From: Clostridiales bacterium
GTDB lineage: Bacteria > Bacillota > Clostridia > Oscillospirales > CAG-272
Length of the DNA: 64,000 nt
Direction of reading: 5' to 3'
Assembly: GCA_012841635.1 (NCBI GenBank)
Contig: DUUJ01000123.1
Span: forward strand, 23,902 to 87,901
Shown here: one piece after another, positions 41,076 to 50,111 of the stretch
How the letters are laid out: each line of letters opens with the position of its first letter
Position numbering within the stretch: the first letter of the stretch is position 1
Translations under genes and position numbers: made by a program
Notes under the pieces: generated by a model
What the model was told of the DNA's origin: nothing
Database searches by the model: none
Seen by the model: only the letters and a program-made list of their open reading frames with translations

Positions 41076-43602
41076 TTATTACGGCAAAAACAAGAAAAAG
41101 AATCCCTCCCCGCTGCCTTTGCCAGTTGCGCGGGTAAATCTAATCGACGCGCCGTACAGCCTCGATAAAACATATGATTATTATATTCCGGAGCCTCTGA
41201 CCGATTCAATTAAAGCCGGGGGCTTCGCAGTTGTTCCATTTGGCGGCGGTAATCGCCGCCAAATTGCGCTTATAACGGAAATATCCGATCATACCGATTA
41301 TCCGGAGTTTAAGCTCAAAATGCTCTACGGTCCGGTCGAAAACTCAGTATCTCTTACGCCCGAGCAGCTCTCTCTCTGCGTTTATCTCAAGGAGACCACA
41401 TTCTGCTCGATAGGTGAAGCGGTACGCACGATCATACCGTCAGCCGCTCTTTCATCGGTATCCGAATATTATGAGATCGCCGATACACCTCCGATGAGCT
41501 CGGATCTCGCGACTTTATCTGTTTACAACCTGCTTTCTCGAGTCGGGCCGGTAACAAGAGAGCGCATACAAACCGAATGCGGTGACGATGCATATCGCAA
41601 ATTGCCGCAGATGGTCAAAAAAGGTTATATAAAACGGCAGACCGAGATAGCCGGCAGCGCTGCGGTCAGATATCAGACCTTTTATTCCCTTGCAAAAGAC
41701 ACCGACAGCATAAAGGAGCACTTAAAAACAATCAAAAGGCGGGGAGCGGTGCGGCAGGCGGCGGTACTTGAAGCGCTGCTCGAATGTCCCGAAAGCGCGA
41801 TGACTTCGGTCGAGCTTCGAAGCGAGACCGGCGCAGCCGCATCGGTGCTTAAAAATCTTACCGAAGCCGGATTGTTGAAGGAAGAAAAAAAGGATTTATA
41901 CAGAGATCCGTATGCCGATCAGGTGCCGGAACCACAGCCTGATGACAATCAGCTCAGTCCGGAACAGCAGCAAGCCGCCGACAAGATAATTGCTCTTTAC
42001 AGGACAAACGATCCGAAAGCGGCGCTGCTGCACGGAGTCACCGGCAGCGGCAAGACACGTGTCATAAAACGCCTGATAGACGAAGTTATAGCCTCCCCGC
42101 CGGATGAAAACGGGATCGGACGGGCGGCAATCGTTTTGGTGCCGGAGATATCTCTTACCCCTCAGGCTGTCGGGTTCTTCCGGTCATATTACAAAGACCG
42201 GGTCGTAGTCCTTCATTCCGGATTGTCTGCCGGAGAAAGATATGATAGCTGGCGGAGGATGTCCGCGGGCGAAGTCGATGTATGCATCGGCACAAGGTCG
42301 GCGGTCTTTGCTCCGTTTCCAAGGATCGGAATGATAGTCATCGACGAGGAACAGGAGCACACCTATAAATCTGACATGACGCCGAGATACCACGCAAAGG
42401 AGATCGCCCGCTACCGCTGCGCAAAACACAACGCGCTGATGCTGCTCTCCTCGGCAACACCGTCGCTTGAGGCATACAGAAAAGCCGAAACCGGCGCTTA
42501 TACCCTTGTAGAACTGCACACCAGATACGGCGGCGCGATACTGCCGGAGGTTATCATCGCCGACTCGCGGGTCGATTTGAAAAACGGTATCACCGGACCT
42601 GTCGGCTCCGTATTGCGTGGGGAAATTGAAAAAAATCTGGCTGTAGGCGAACAATCGATATTATTTTTGAATCGCCGCGGTTACAACCGGTTCCTGCGCT
42701 GCCCTTTATGCGGTGAAGTAATCATGTGCCCGCATTGCTCCGTTGCGCTGACTTTCCATTCGGCAAGGCAGGATGAGGGACATCTTTCCTGTCACTGGTG
42801 CGGATATCGCACAAATGTGCCGAATAAATGCCCGGGATGCGGCGGAGAGCATCTTTCGTATGAGGGATACGGCACTCAAAAAGTTGAAGAAGAGCTCAAA
42901 AAGCTCTTCCCCGCTGCGAGGATACTGCGCCTTGACGCGGATACCACGTCGGCGAAATTCTCCTGCGACGAGATACTGAACGCTTTCAAAAATCGCGAAG
43001 CAGACATTCTTCTCGGCACGCAAATGGTAACCAAGGGGCATGATTTTCCGGGAGTGACCCTTGTCGGGGTGCTTTCTGCGGATATGTCGCTCTATCTGAA
43101 CGATTACCGGGCAAACGAGGAAACTTTCGCTCTTCTTACTCAGGTTATAGGACGCGCCGGACGAAGCGACACGCCGGGTAGAGCGATTATTCAGACCTAT
43201 TCGCCCGACCATCCGGTGATACATCTTGCCGCGAAGCAGGATTATCTTACCTTTTATAAAAACGAAGCGGCTTTGCGCAAAACTCTCGTCTTCCCGCCCT
43301 TCTGCGACATCGCTCAGCTTACGCTTACCGGCGATGAGGAAACTCATCTTTATAATGCCGCGGTCGCGCTCAACGATTATATCAAATCACAGCTCATCGG
43401 AAGCTACAAGGATGTTTCGGTAGTAGTTACAGGTCCCTTTGAACCTTATCAATATAAAGTAAACGATAAATACCGGCTTAAATTTATGATTAAATGCCGC
43501 ATCAACCGCCGCACGAGGAAGTTTTTGAATTCCATAATAAGCATGATGAACGAACAGGCTTACAAACTCGTAACGGCTTCGCTTGATATAAATCCGAACT
43601 GA
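41065..43602 (+). CDS. priA: primosomal protein N' (replication restart helicase PriA)
   Basis: Walker A GVTGSGKT, the DEEQEH box, and a Cys-rich zinc-binding insert CPLCGEVIMCPHC...CHWCGY...CPGCGG. Confidence 0.93.
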   Translation: MMSDYYGKNKKKNPSPLPLPVARVNLIDAPYSLDKTYDYYIPEPLTDSIKAGGFAVVPFGGGNRRQIALITEISDHTDYPEFKLKMLYGPVENSVSLTPEQLSLCVYLKETTFCSIGEAVRTIIPSAALSSVSEYYEIADTPPMSSDLATLSVYNLLSRVGPVTRERIQTECGDDAYRKLPQMVKKGYIKRQTEIAGSAAVRYQTFYSLAKDTDSIKEHLKTIKRRGAVRQAAVLEALLECPESAMTSVELRSETGAAASVLKNLTEAGLLKEEKKDLYRDPYADQVPEPQPDDNQLSPEQQQAADKIIALYRTNDPKAALLHGVTGSGKTRVIKRLIDEVIASPPDENGIGRAAIVLVPEISLTPQAVGFFRSYYKDRVVVLHSGLSAGERYDSWRRMSAGEVDVCIGTRSAVFAPFPRIGMIVIDEEQEHTYKSDMTPRYHAKEIARYRCAKHNALMLLSSATPSLEAYRKAETGAYTLVELHTRYGGAILPEVIIADSRVDLKNGITGPVGSVLRGEIEKNLAVGEQSILFLNRRGYNRFLRCPLCGEVIMCPHCSVALTFHSARQDEGHLSCHWCGYRTNVPNKCPGCGGEHLSYEGYGTQKVEEELKKLFPAARILRLDADTTSAKFSCDEILNAFKNREADILLGTQMVTKGHDFPGVTLVGVLSADMSLYLNDYRANEETFALLTQVIGRAGRSDTPGRAIIQTYSPDHPVIHLAAKQDYLTFYKNEAALRKTLVFPPFCDIAQLTLTGDEETHLYNAAVALNDYIKSQLIGSYKDVSVVVTGPFEPYQYKVNDKYRLKFMIKCRINRRTRKFLNSIISMMNEQAYKLVTASLDINPN

Positions 43603-43630
43603 TAATCGGCAAAACAGAGGTGAATTCAGC

Positions 43631-44164
43631 ATGGCAATTCTTAATATAGTAAAAATCGGCGATCCTGTCCTTCGAAAAACCAGCCGTCCTATCGACAAAA
43701 TTACCGACAGGATAAGACTGCTTGCCGCCGATATGATCGAAACGATGCATGAAGCGGACGGAGCCGGACTTGCCGCTCCTCAGGTCGGCGTGCTTCGCCG
43801 GATGGTTGTTATAGAGACTGAAGATGAAATAACATATGTTATGATAAATCCCGAAATCATAGAGCGCTGCGGAAGGCAGCGCAATGTTGAGGGATGTCTT
43901 TCGGTTCCCGGCGAGTGGGGGGTGACCGACCGTCCCGAGACGGTAACGGTCAAATATACCGATCTCGATGGAAAAGAGCAGACTCTTTCCGGCTCCGAGC
44001 TGCTTGCCCGCGCGATATGCCATGAGCTTGATCACCTTGACGGAAAGCTGTTTATCGACGGCGCTTTAATGCTCGACGAAAATGAGATTTCACAGCTGAG
44101 ACGGGGTGAATTCGACGCACAGGCTAAAGTTGACGCGACTGAGGGCGATAAATATGAGCAATAA
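43631..44164 (+). CDS. def: peptide deformylase
   Basis: Motifs GAGLAAPQVG, EGCLSVPG and HELDHLDG. Confidence 0.94.
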   Translation: MAILNIVKIGDPVLRKTSRPIDKITDRIRLLAADMIETMHEADGAGLAAPQVGVLRRMVVIETEDEITYVMINPEIIERCGRQRNVEGCLSVPGEWGVTDRPETVTVKYTDLDGKEQTLSGSELLARAICHELDHLDGKLFIDGALMLDENEISQLRRGEFDAQAKVDATEGDKYEQ

Positions 44165-45113
44165 GCTTTCCCGGATAATGTTTATGGGTACTCCGGAATT
44201 TGCCGAGATACAGCTTGATGCTCTCGCAAAGCGGGGATTACCGGTAACCTCCGTTGTTACTCAGCCGGATAAGCCGAAAAACCGCGGGCATAAACTCACG
44301 CCGCCGCCTGTAAAAGTAAAAGCCGAGGAGCTTTCTATAAAGGTATACCAGCCTTTAACTCTGAGAGATGTGAAATTCGCCGAAATATTAAGCGCCGAAG
44401 CGCCGGAATTGATAGTTGTCGCCGCTTACGGAAAAATCCTGCCGCCCGCGGTAATAGATTATCCGAAACACGGCTGCATTAACGTTCACGGCTCATTGCT
44501 GCCCGAATATCGCGGCGCGGCGCCCATTCAGCGGGCGATTATGGACGGAAAGAAAGTTACCGGCATAACAACCATGCTGATGGATGAAGGGCTTGATACC
44601 GGGGATATACTGCTTTCGAGAGAAGTTTTAATATCATCCGATGACGACTCTGGGACATTGACTTTAAAAATGGCTGAAGTCGGAGCAGAATTGCTTGTCG
44701 AGACGATAGACCGGCTGATCGCCGGTGACCTGACTCCCATAAAGCAGGACGATTCAAAAGCAAGCTACGCTTCTAAGATAGAAAAGTCGGATTGTGCTCT
44801 TGACTTTGCCTTGCCTGCCGGGAAACTTGCGGATATAATCCGCGCGCTTTCACCGGAACCGCTTGCCGTTTGCTCACTTAACGGAAGGCAGCTTAAAATT
44901 GCATCGGCATCGGCTGTTGACGATAAATCCGATGCTGCTCCCGGTACTGTCATTTCTGCCTCCGGCGGGATTGTTGTTGCGACCGGCAGCGGCATATTAA
45001 AAATAAACGAGCTTATTCCTGCCGGGAAAGCCCGGATGAGCGCTGAAGCCTTTATAAACGGCCGGCAGATAAAAGAAGGAGATATATTAAGCGGATGGAT
45101 TACTACTACCTGA
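44154..45113 (+). CDS. fmt: methionyl-tRNA formyltransferase
   Basis: ORF 44106..45113 trimmed to ATG 44154, with GAGGG 8 nt upstream and an 11-nt overlap with def. Blocks: IMFMGTPEFA and HGSLLPEYRGAAPIQRA. Confidence 0.92.
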   Translation: MSNKLSRIMFMGTPEFAEIQLDALAKRGLPVTSVVTQPDKPKNRGHKLTPPPVKVKAEELSIKVYQPLTLRDVKFAEILSAEAPELIVVAAYGKILPPAVIDYPKHGCINVHGSLLPEYRGAAPIQRAIMDGKKVTGITTMLMDEGLDTGDILLSREVLISSDDDSGTLTLKMAEVGAELLVETIDRLIAGDLTPIKQDDSKASYASKIEKSDCALDFALPAGKLADIIRALSPEPLAVCSLNGRQLKIASASAVDDKSDAAPGTVISASGGIVVATGSGILKINELIPAGKARMSAEAFINGRQIKEGDILSGWITTT

Positions 45114-45781
45114 TATTGGTTCTGCCTGCGGTTTTGTTTGCTCTCTGGGCGCAATTCCGCGTTAAATATGTTTTTTCCAAGTATTCAAAAAAATATATCA
45201 AATCCGGTATTACCGGAAGGAACGCCGCTGAGCTTATTCTCAAGTCCAACGGTATCGGTTATATACCTGTAAATCATGTCGCCGGAAATCTTACCGACCA
45301 CTATAATCCGTCGTCGGGTATTATCAATTTATCCGATCAGGTTTATAATTCCGCTACCGAAGCTTCCGTCGGAGTTGCCGCGCACGAAGCCGGACATGCG
45401 ATACAGCATTCAACCGGATATCTGCCGATAAAGATAAGATCGGCAATAATCCCGATAACCACAATAGGCTCGCAGATTTCCTGGCCGCTGATACTTATAG
45501 GACTTGTGCTCGGATGGGCGAATCTCGCAATTATCGGCGTCGCTTTGTTTTCCCTGACTGCTCTGTTTCAGCTTATTACCCTGCCGGTTGAATTCGACGC
45601 CTCAAAACGCGCGCTTAATTCACTGACGGAAAGCGGGCAATTTACTGATGAGGAACTCGCGGGGGCTAAAAAAGTTCTGAGTGCCGCCGCGCTTACATAT
45701 GTCGCCGCGCTTGCAGTATCGGTAGCCCAGCTTATAAGGCTGCTCGCCATAGTAAGCGGTTCCGGCAGAAGAAAAAGATAA
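45095..45781 (+). CDS. membrane zinc metallopeptidase (Zn_peptidase_2 / YpfJ-like family)
   Basis: 228 aa with the HExxH motif in VAAHEAGHAIQH, flanked by TM segments. This family is commonly found between fmt and rsmB in Clostridia. Confidence 0.75.
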   Translation: MDYYYLILVLPAVLFALWAQFRVKYVFSKYSKKYIKSGITGRNAAELILKSNGIGYIPVNHVAGNLTDHYNPSSGIINLSDQVYNSATEASVGVAAHEAGHAIQHSTGYLPIKIRSAIIPITTIGSQISWPLILIGLVLGWANLAIIGVALFSLTALFQLITLPVEFDASKRALNSLTESGQFTDEELAGAKKVLSAAALTYVAALAVSVAQLIRLLAIVSGSGRRKR

Positions 45782-45799
45782 ACGGCAGATACCGCCATA

Positions 45800-47119
45800 A
45801 TGGATAAAAACAAAAAAATAAAAAAAGAATACACCGCGCGCGAAGCCGCTTTCCGCTCGCTCATGCGTCTTTTAAGAACTGACGGATATGCTAATATCGA
45901 GACGGAAACTTCGGCCGCGAAATACGACCTGAAGGAGGATGACAGAGCGCTTTATACCGCTCTTGTCATGGGAGTGACCGGGAGAGCGATATCTCTCGAT
46001 TGGCTTGTCGGGCAGTTTTCTTCAAGAAAGCCGGAAAAGCTTGACCGGGATGTGCTGACCGTTTTAAGGCTGGGATTTTATCAGCTGTTTTTCATGGACA
46101 GAATTCCCGATCATGCCGCGGTAAATGAGACGGTTGAGCTTGCAAAAAACTGCTGCGCCAGGGGAGCGGCTGTATCCGGATTCGTAAATGCCGTTATGCG
46201 TTCTGCTCTCCGGGGACGGGATAAGCTTAAATGGCCGGATCCCGCGCTTGACCGGGTGTCTGCGCTTTCCGTCCGTCATTCCCTGCCCGAATGGCTTGTC
46301 AGGCTCTGGCTTGAAAGTTATCCCGACAACGCCGAAGCGCTGATGGAATACGCTAATTCAACGCCTCCGCTGACGCTGAGGGCAAATACTCTCAGAACGA
46401 CCGCCGAATCTCTTCGGGACAGAATCGAAGCCGACGGTTTCAAAGCCGAAATTCATTCCGATACGCCGTATGCCGTAACTACCGACGCTTCTTACAATTT
46501 GCTTTCGGAAAAATATCCGGGTGAATTCTTTGTTCAGGACAGAGCTTCCCAGACAGCTTCGGAAGCTTTCGGCGCGGAAGCCGGTGAGAGTATACTCGAT
46601 GCCTGTGCCGCGCCGGGGGGAAAAAGCTTTTATTCGGCTCTGCGGATGAATAACGACGGTAAAGTCATCTCCTGCGACATACATAAAAACAAACCGGCGC
46701 TTATTCAGGAGGGCGCCGAAGCGCTCGGAATTACCATCATCAAGCCGATTATCTCCGACAGCTCAAAATCGGATGAAAGGCTTAAAAAGCAGCTGTTCGA
46801 CCGCGTTTTATGCGATGTTCCCTGTTCGGGTCTCGGCGTGATCGCCAAAAAGCCGGATATCAGATATAAAGACAAAAAACAGATCGATAAACTGCCGGAA
46901 AAACAATATGCCATACTCGAAAACTGCTCGAATTATGTAAGACCCGGCGGAATACTTATGTATTCAACCTGCACGCTTGTGTCTGACGAAAACGAAGGAG
47001 TTGCCGAAAAATTCACCGAAAAACATCCTGAATTTATAAACATATCGTCCCGGACGCTTTTTCCTGACACCGACGGCTGCGACGGATTCTATTTTTCAAT
47101 TTGGAAAAGAAATCTTTAA
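45800..47119 (+). CDS. rsmB: 16S rRNA (cytosine967-C5)-methyltransferase
   Basis: NusB-like N-terminal domain, SAM motif DACAAPGGKS, and catalytic blocks DVPCSGLG and YSTCT. Confidence 0.9.
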   Translation: MDKNKKIKKEYTAREAAFRSLMRLLRTDGYANIETETSAAKYDLKEDDRALYTALVMGVTGRAISLDWLVGQFSSRKPEKLDRDVLTVLRLGFYQLFFMDRIPDHAAVNETVELAKNCCARGAAVSGFVNAVMRSALRGRDKLKWPDPALDRVSALSVRHSLPEWLVRLWLESYPDNAEALMEYANSTPPLTLRANTLRTTAESLRDRIEADGFKAEIHSDTPYAVTTDASYNLLSEKYPGEFFVQDRASQTASEAFGAEAGESILDACAAPGGKSFYSALRMNNDGKVISCDIHKNKPALIQEGAEALGITIIKPIISDSSKSDERLKKQLFDRVLCDVPCSGLGVIAKKPDIRYKDKKQIDKLPEKQYAILENCSNYVRPGGILMYSTCTLVSDENEGVAEKFTEKHPEFINISSRTLFPDTDGCDGFYFSIWKRNL

Positions 47120-47127
47120 TAATAATC

Positions 47128-47177
47128 ATGCTTCATCGGAATTTTACTTTGTCAATTCTTGTGAAGCATATTTTTAT
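47128..47177 (+). terminator. terminator-like hairpin after rsmB
   Basis: ATGCTTCA pairs with TGAAGCAT (8 bp, 26-nt loop), then ATTTTTATT follows. Confidence 0.4.
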
Positions 47178-47248
47178 TATTTGTTCAAACTGTATTAATA
47201 TTAACGGAGTATAATATCAATTAGTTTACAAACTGACAGGAGGAAGCA

Positions 47249-49255
47249 ATGGGACCAGGAGGACCTAACAGACCCGGCCCGGGGCCGCGTTTTAATTCCG
47301 CCCGTGATGAGCTGGAAAAAATTAAACCGAACTCTATTAAAGAAGTGCCGGAATTTCTAAGAAAGCTGCTTTCGAGCTTTTTCTTTCGTCTCTTCTATGT
47401 ATTCCGGCTGGTATGGGGTACGCGGCCCTGGATTCTTTTCGTCATGTTATTTATGGCGATTTTCAACGGAGTAATGCCGGTAATATCCGCTTATATCAAC
47501 GCCGCTCTGCTCAACTCGCTCGCCGCCGCTTATATCGGAACCGTAGGCATGGAAGTTATCATGAAGCTTCTGCTGCTGAGATTCATATATATCTTCGTAA
47601 ATCACCTTGTCGGAAACATTAATCGTATCGTTACGAGGATATACGGTGAGCTGGTCGTTCAGCATATCAAGAAAATGATAATGGACAAGGCTCGAACAAT
47701 AGACCTTGCCAGCTTCGATGACCCGGAATTCTATTCAAGACTCGAGAATGCCAACAACGAAGCCGGACACCGGCCGATTCAGATTCTTGAGTCTACCTTC
47801 TCCATCATGAGCACCGTAATTTCGATGGTCAGCTTTATAGTGATACTCTGGGGAATCTCGCCGTTTGCTCCGCTCATAATCATCGCGCTTTCGATACCCT
47901 CGGCTGTGATCAATTTCATATATCGCCGCAAGAATGTCAATTACATCCGACATCGCTCCAAGGAACGCCGTCAGATGTTCTACTATTCGAATCTGATGAC
48001 CAACAAGGATCTGGTGAAAGAGGTAAGAATATTCAACCTTTCCGATCTCTTCATTGATAGCTATATCGGGGTTTTCAGAAAGTATTTTGCGGGACTTAAA
48101 AAACTATATGTCGAAGAAGGCTCATGGCACATCGGGCTTGATTTGGTTTCATCAACAGTAAACTGTCTGCTTTATATATTCATAGCCGGAAAGGTCGTTG
48201 CGGGACAGATAGAAGTCGGTGATTATTCGCTTTATACCGGAGCTTTGTCAAGTATTTCCGGAGGTATCTCATCACTTATTAATACGACCGCGTCGATTTT
48301 TGAGGGGACTTTGTTCATCGACAACCTGATCGCTTTCATGGACGAAGAACAGAAGATAATACCGCTTATCGAGGCACCGCTTAAAGTAAAGCGTCATGCC
48401 CCACACGAAATTGAATTTCGCAATGTCAGCTTCCGCTATCCCGGAACCGAGAGGGATGTGCTTAAGAACATTAATGTCAAATTCGAAGCCGGTGAGACTA
48501 TTGTTCTGGTCGGTCTTAACGGCGCCGGCAAAACAACTCTGCTTAAGCTGCTAATAAGGCTCTACGACCCGACGGAAGGCGTTATACTGTTTGACGGAGA
48601 AGATATCCGTAATTACGATGTACAGGATCTGTATTCGATATTCGGAATAATTTTCCAGGATTTCGGAAAATATGCTTTTAGCGTAAAGCAAAATATCGCT
48701 TTCGGAGATATCGATAAACCAATCGTTCAGGAAGAAATCGAAGAAGCTGCCCGGCACAGCTCCGCCGATGAGTTTATTCAGGCGCTTCCCGACGGCTACG
48801 ATACCCCGCTGATGCGTTATTTCGAAGAAAACGGAATCGAACTTTCTATCGGCATGTGGCAGAAGCTTTCCATCGCCCGTGCTTTTTACGGCGATTCGGA
48901 CATTGTAATTCTTGACGAGCCGACGGCTTCGCTCGACGCATTGGCTGAGCAGGAAGTATATAACCAGTTCGACCGTCTCCGCAAAGACAAAATGACCATT
49001 TTCGTTTCTCACCGACTCTCCTCCGCTACCGTGGCAGACAAGATAATCGTTTTAAAGAACGGCGAGGTTGTCGAGCTCGGCAATCACGGAGAGCTGATGG
49101 CAAACAAAGGTGAATACTACACCCTCTTTACGACTCAGGCAAAGTATTATGTTACGACAGACAAAAACGGAACGCAGCGGATCGATGACGGAACCGTTCG
49201 AAGCGAGTTCATCGAAGCACCGGATAATACGGAAACCGATAACACATCAGAATAA
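47249..49255 (+). CDS. ABC exporter, fused permease and ATP-binding protein
   Basis: 668 aa with an AGGAGG SD. It has six-TM-type hydrophobic segments, Walker A GLNGAGKTT, a signature-like LSIGMWQKLSIARA, and Walker B ILDEPT. The N-terminal tail is Pro/Gly-rich. Confidence 0.88.
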   Translation: MGPGGPNRPGPGPRFNSARDELEKIKPNSIKEVPEFLRKLLSSFFFRLFYVFRLVWGTRPWILFVMLFMAIFNGVMPVISAYINAALLNSLAAAYIGTVGMEVIMKLLLLRFIYIFVNHLVGNINRIVTRIYGELVVQHIKKMIMDKARTIDLASFDDPEFYSRLENANNEAGHRPIQILESTFSIMSTVISMVSFIVILWGISPFAPLIIIALSIPSAVINFIYRRKNVNYIRHRSKERRQMFYYSNLMTNKDLVKEVRIFNLSDLFIDSYIGVFRKYFAGLKKLYVEEGSWHIGLDLVSSTVNCLLYIFIAGKVVAGQIEVGDYSLYTGALSSISGGISSLINTTASIFEGTLFIDNLIAFMDEEQKIIPLIEAPLKVKRHAPHEIEFRNVSFRYPGTERDVLKNINVKFEAGETIVLVGLNGAGKTTLLKLLIRLYDPTEGVILFDGEDIRNYDVQDLYSIFGIIFQDFGKYAFSVKQNIAFGDIDKPIVQEEIEEAARHSSADEFIQALPDGYDTPLMRYFEENGIELSIGMWQKLSIARAFYGDSDIVILDEPTASLDALAEQEVYNQFDRLRKDKMTIFVSHRLSSATVADKIIVLKNGEVVELGNHGELMANKGEYYTLFTTQAKYYVTTDKNGTQRIDDGTVRSEFIEAPDNTETDNTSE

Positions 49256-49316
49256 AACACGGATATCGGTTAAGTCGATTACAAAAAAACTTTAACCGAA
49301 AATAACTGATAATTAA

Positions 49317-49346
49317 GTCTCCCGCTTGCTGCCGCGCGGGAGGCTT
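49317..49346 (+). terminator. GC-rich hairpin after the ABC gene (weak T tract)
   Basis: A roughly 9-bp stem, GTCTCCCGC / GCGGGAGGC, with a 10-nt loop. Confidence 0.35.
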
Positions 49347-49417
49347 ATCATATATGACAAAACAACTTAAAATTAAAATACAGAATGTTCTTCACACATC
49401 AATATACTCAAAAAGTA

Positions 49418-49446
49418 TTGACAAAATTATAATCATATAGTATAAT
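49418..49446 (+). promoter_or_regulatory. consensus sigma-70 promoter
   Basis: Exactly TTGACA, 17 nt, TATAAT. The next ORF start is 212 nt downstream. Confidence 0.6.
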
Positions 49447-49452
49447 ACCTAC

Positions 49453-49657
49453 AGTATATTATACCGTAATGTAATATCGAAAGGAAATCAAGCACGCACG
49501 GACTTTGTTGCCGGCTATACGCCGCTTCATGCATATTTGCGATCCAGTCTGATTCTGCCCCCGTTAATTGCCGCCAAACATGATTCACAGCCTGATTTTC
49601 GATACAAAAATCTTCTGTGAACCTGTTCTTTGAACCGATGAGAAAGGCAGTATACCC
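49453..49657 (+). other. long 5' leader, a candidate cis-regulatory RNA
   Basis: About 205 nt lie between the consensus promoter and ORF 49658. Long-range complementarity: 49476-82 ATCGAAA with 49597-603 TTTCGAT, 49487-90 with 49593-96, 49504-07 TTTG with 49575-78 CAAA, and 49510-15 with 49570-74. There is no terminator. I recognise no known riboswitch core. Confidence 0.35.
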
Positions 49658-49978
49658 ATGAGAACGAAAGTTCCCCACAATTTGCTGACACTATCCCAGA
49701 TGACAAGACGGAAAAACAACATAGAGGTTGAAGTGATCTCTCTTGAAGAGCTGGTTCTTAACAGCGAGCTTATTAAAAAGCTGCGCGCCAGCTCTTCAAT
49801 GTTCAACAAGACCACATATGTTCAGATTTATTACGACGGCGAAAAATACAATATCGAAAGGGTGGATCGTCAGAAAAACGGCAACTACCTAATCGGTCTT
49901 ATAAACAAGACATCCTCTTTATTATTGAACGGTCAGCTCGGCGAAAGCCTTGATCTTATATCGAAGAACGTTATTTAA
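49658..49978 (+). CDS. hypothetical protein (106 aa)
   Basis: It is the only sizeable ORF downstream of the promoter. The SD is weak (AAAGG, 10 nt upstream). A 7-codon uORF (49638-49661, MRKAVYP) ends in the ATGA that overlaps the start. I recognise no family. Confidence 0.5.
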   Translation: MRTKVPHNLLTLSQMTRRKNNIEVEVISLEELVLNSELIKKLRASSSMFNKTTYVQIYYDGEKYNIERVDRQKNGNYLIGLINKTSSLLLNGQLGESLDLISKNVI

Positions 49979-50050
49979 TCGGTTTTATCGCATAAAAAAA
50001 CATAAATAACCGGAATCAACGGATTTTATCGGTTTTACGATTAAATTTCG

Positions 50051-50079
50051 TTGATTTTTCGTTTTATTTGCGGTATAAT
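50051..50079 (+). promoter_or_regulatory. sigma-70-type promoter for the DUF1015 gene
   Basis: TTGATT, 17 nt, TATAAT. Confidence 0.5.
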
Positions 50080-50111
50080 ATATATAATAAATTATAACAA
50101 GGTAATATGAT

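Noticed and set aside
49453-49657. The leader RNA as 6S RNA or a known riboswitch (purine, ZTP, c-di-GMP, T-box).
   Set aside because: The rod-like pairing made me consider 6S. I cannot identify the conserved central bubble features or any known aptamer core by eye, and the transcript has no terminator before the ORF. It is kept only as an unclassified candidate leader.
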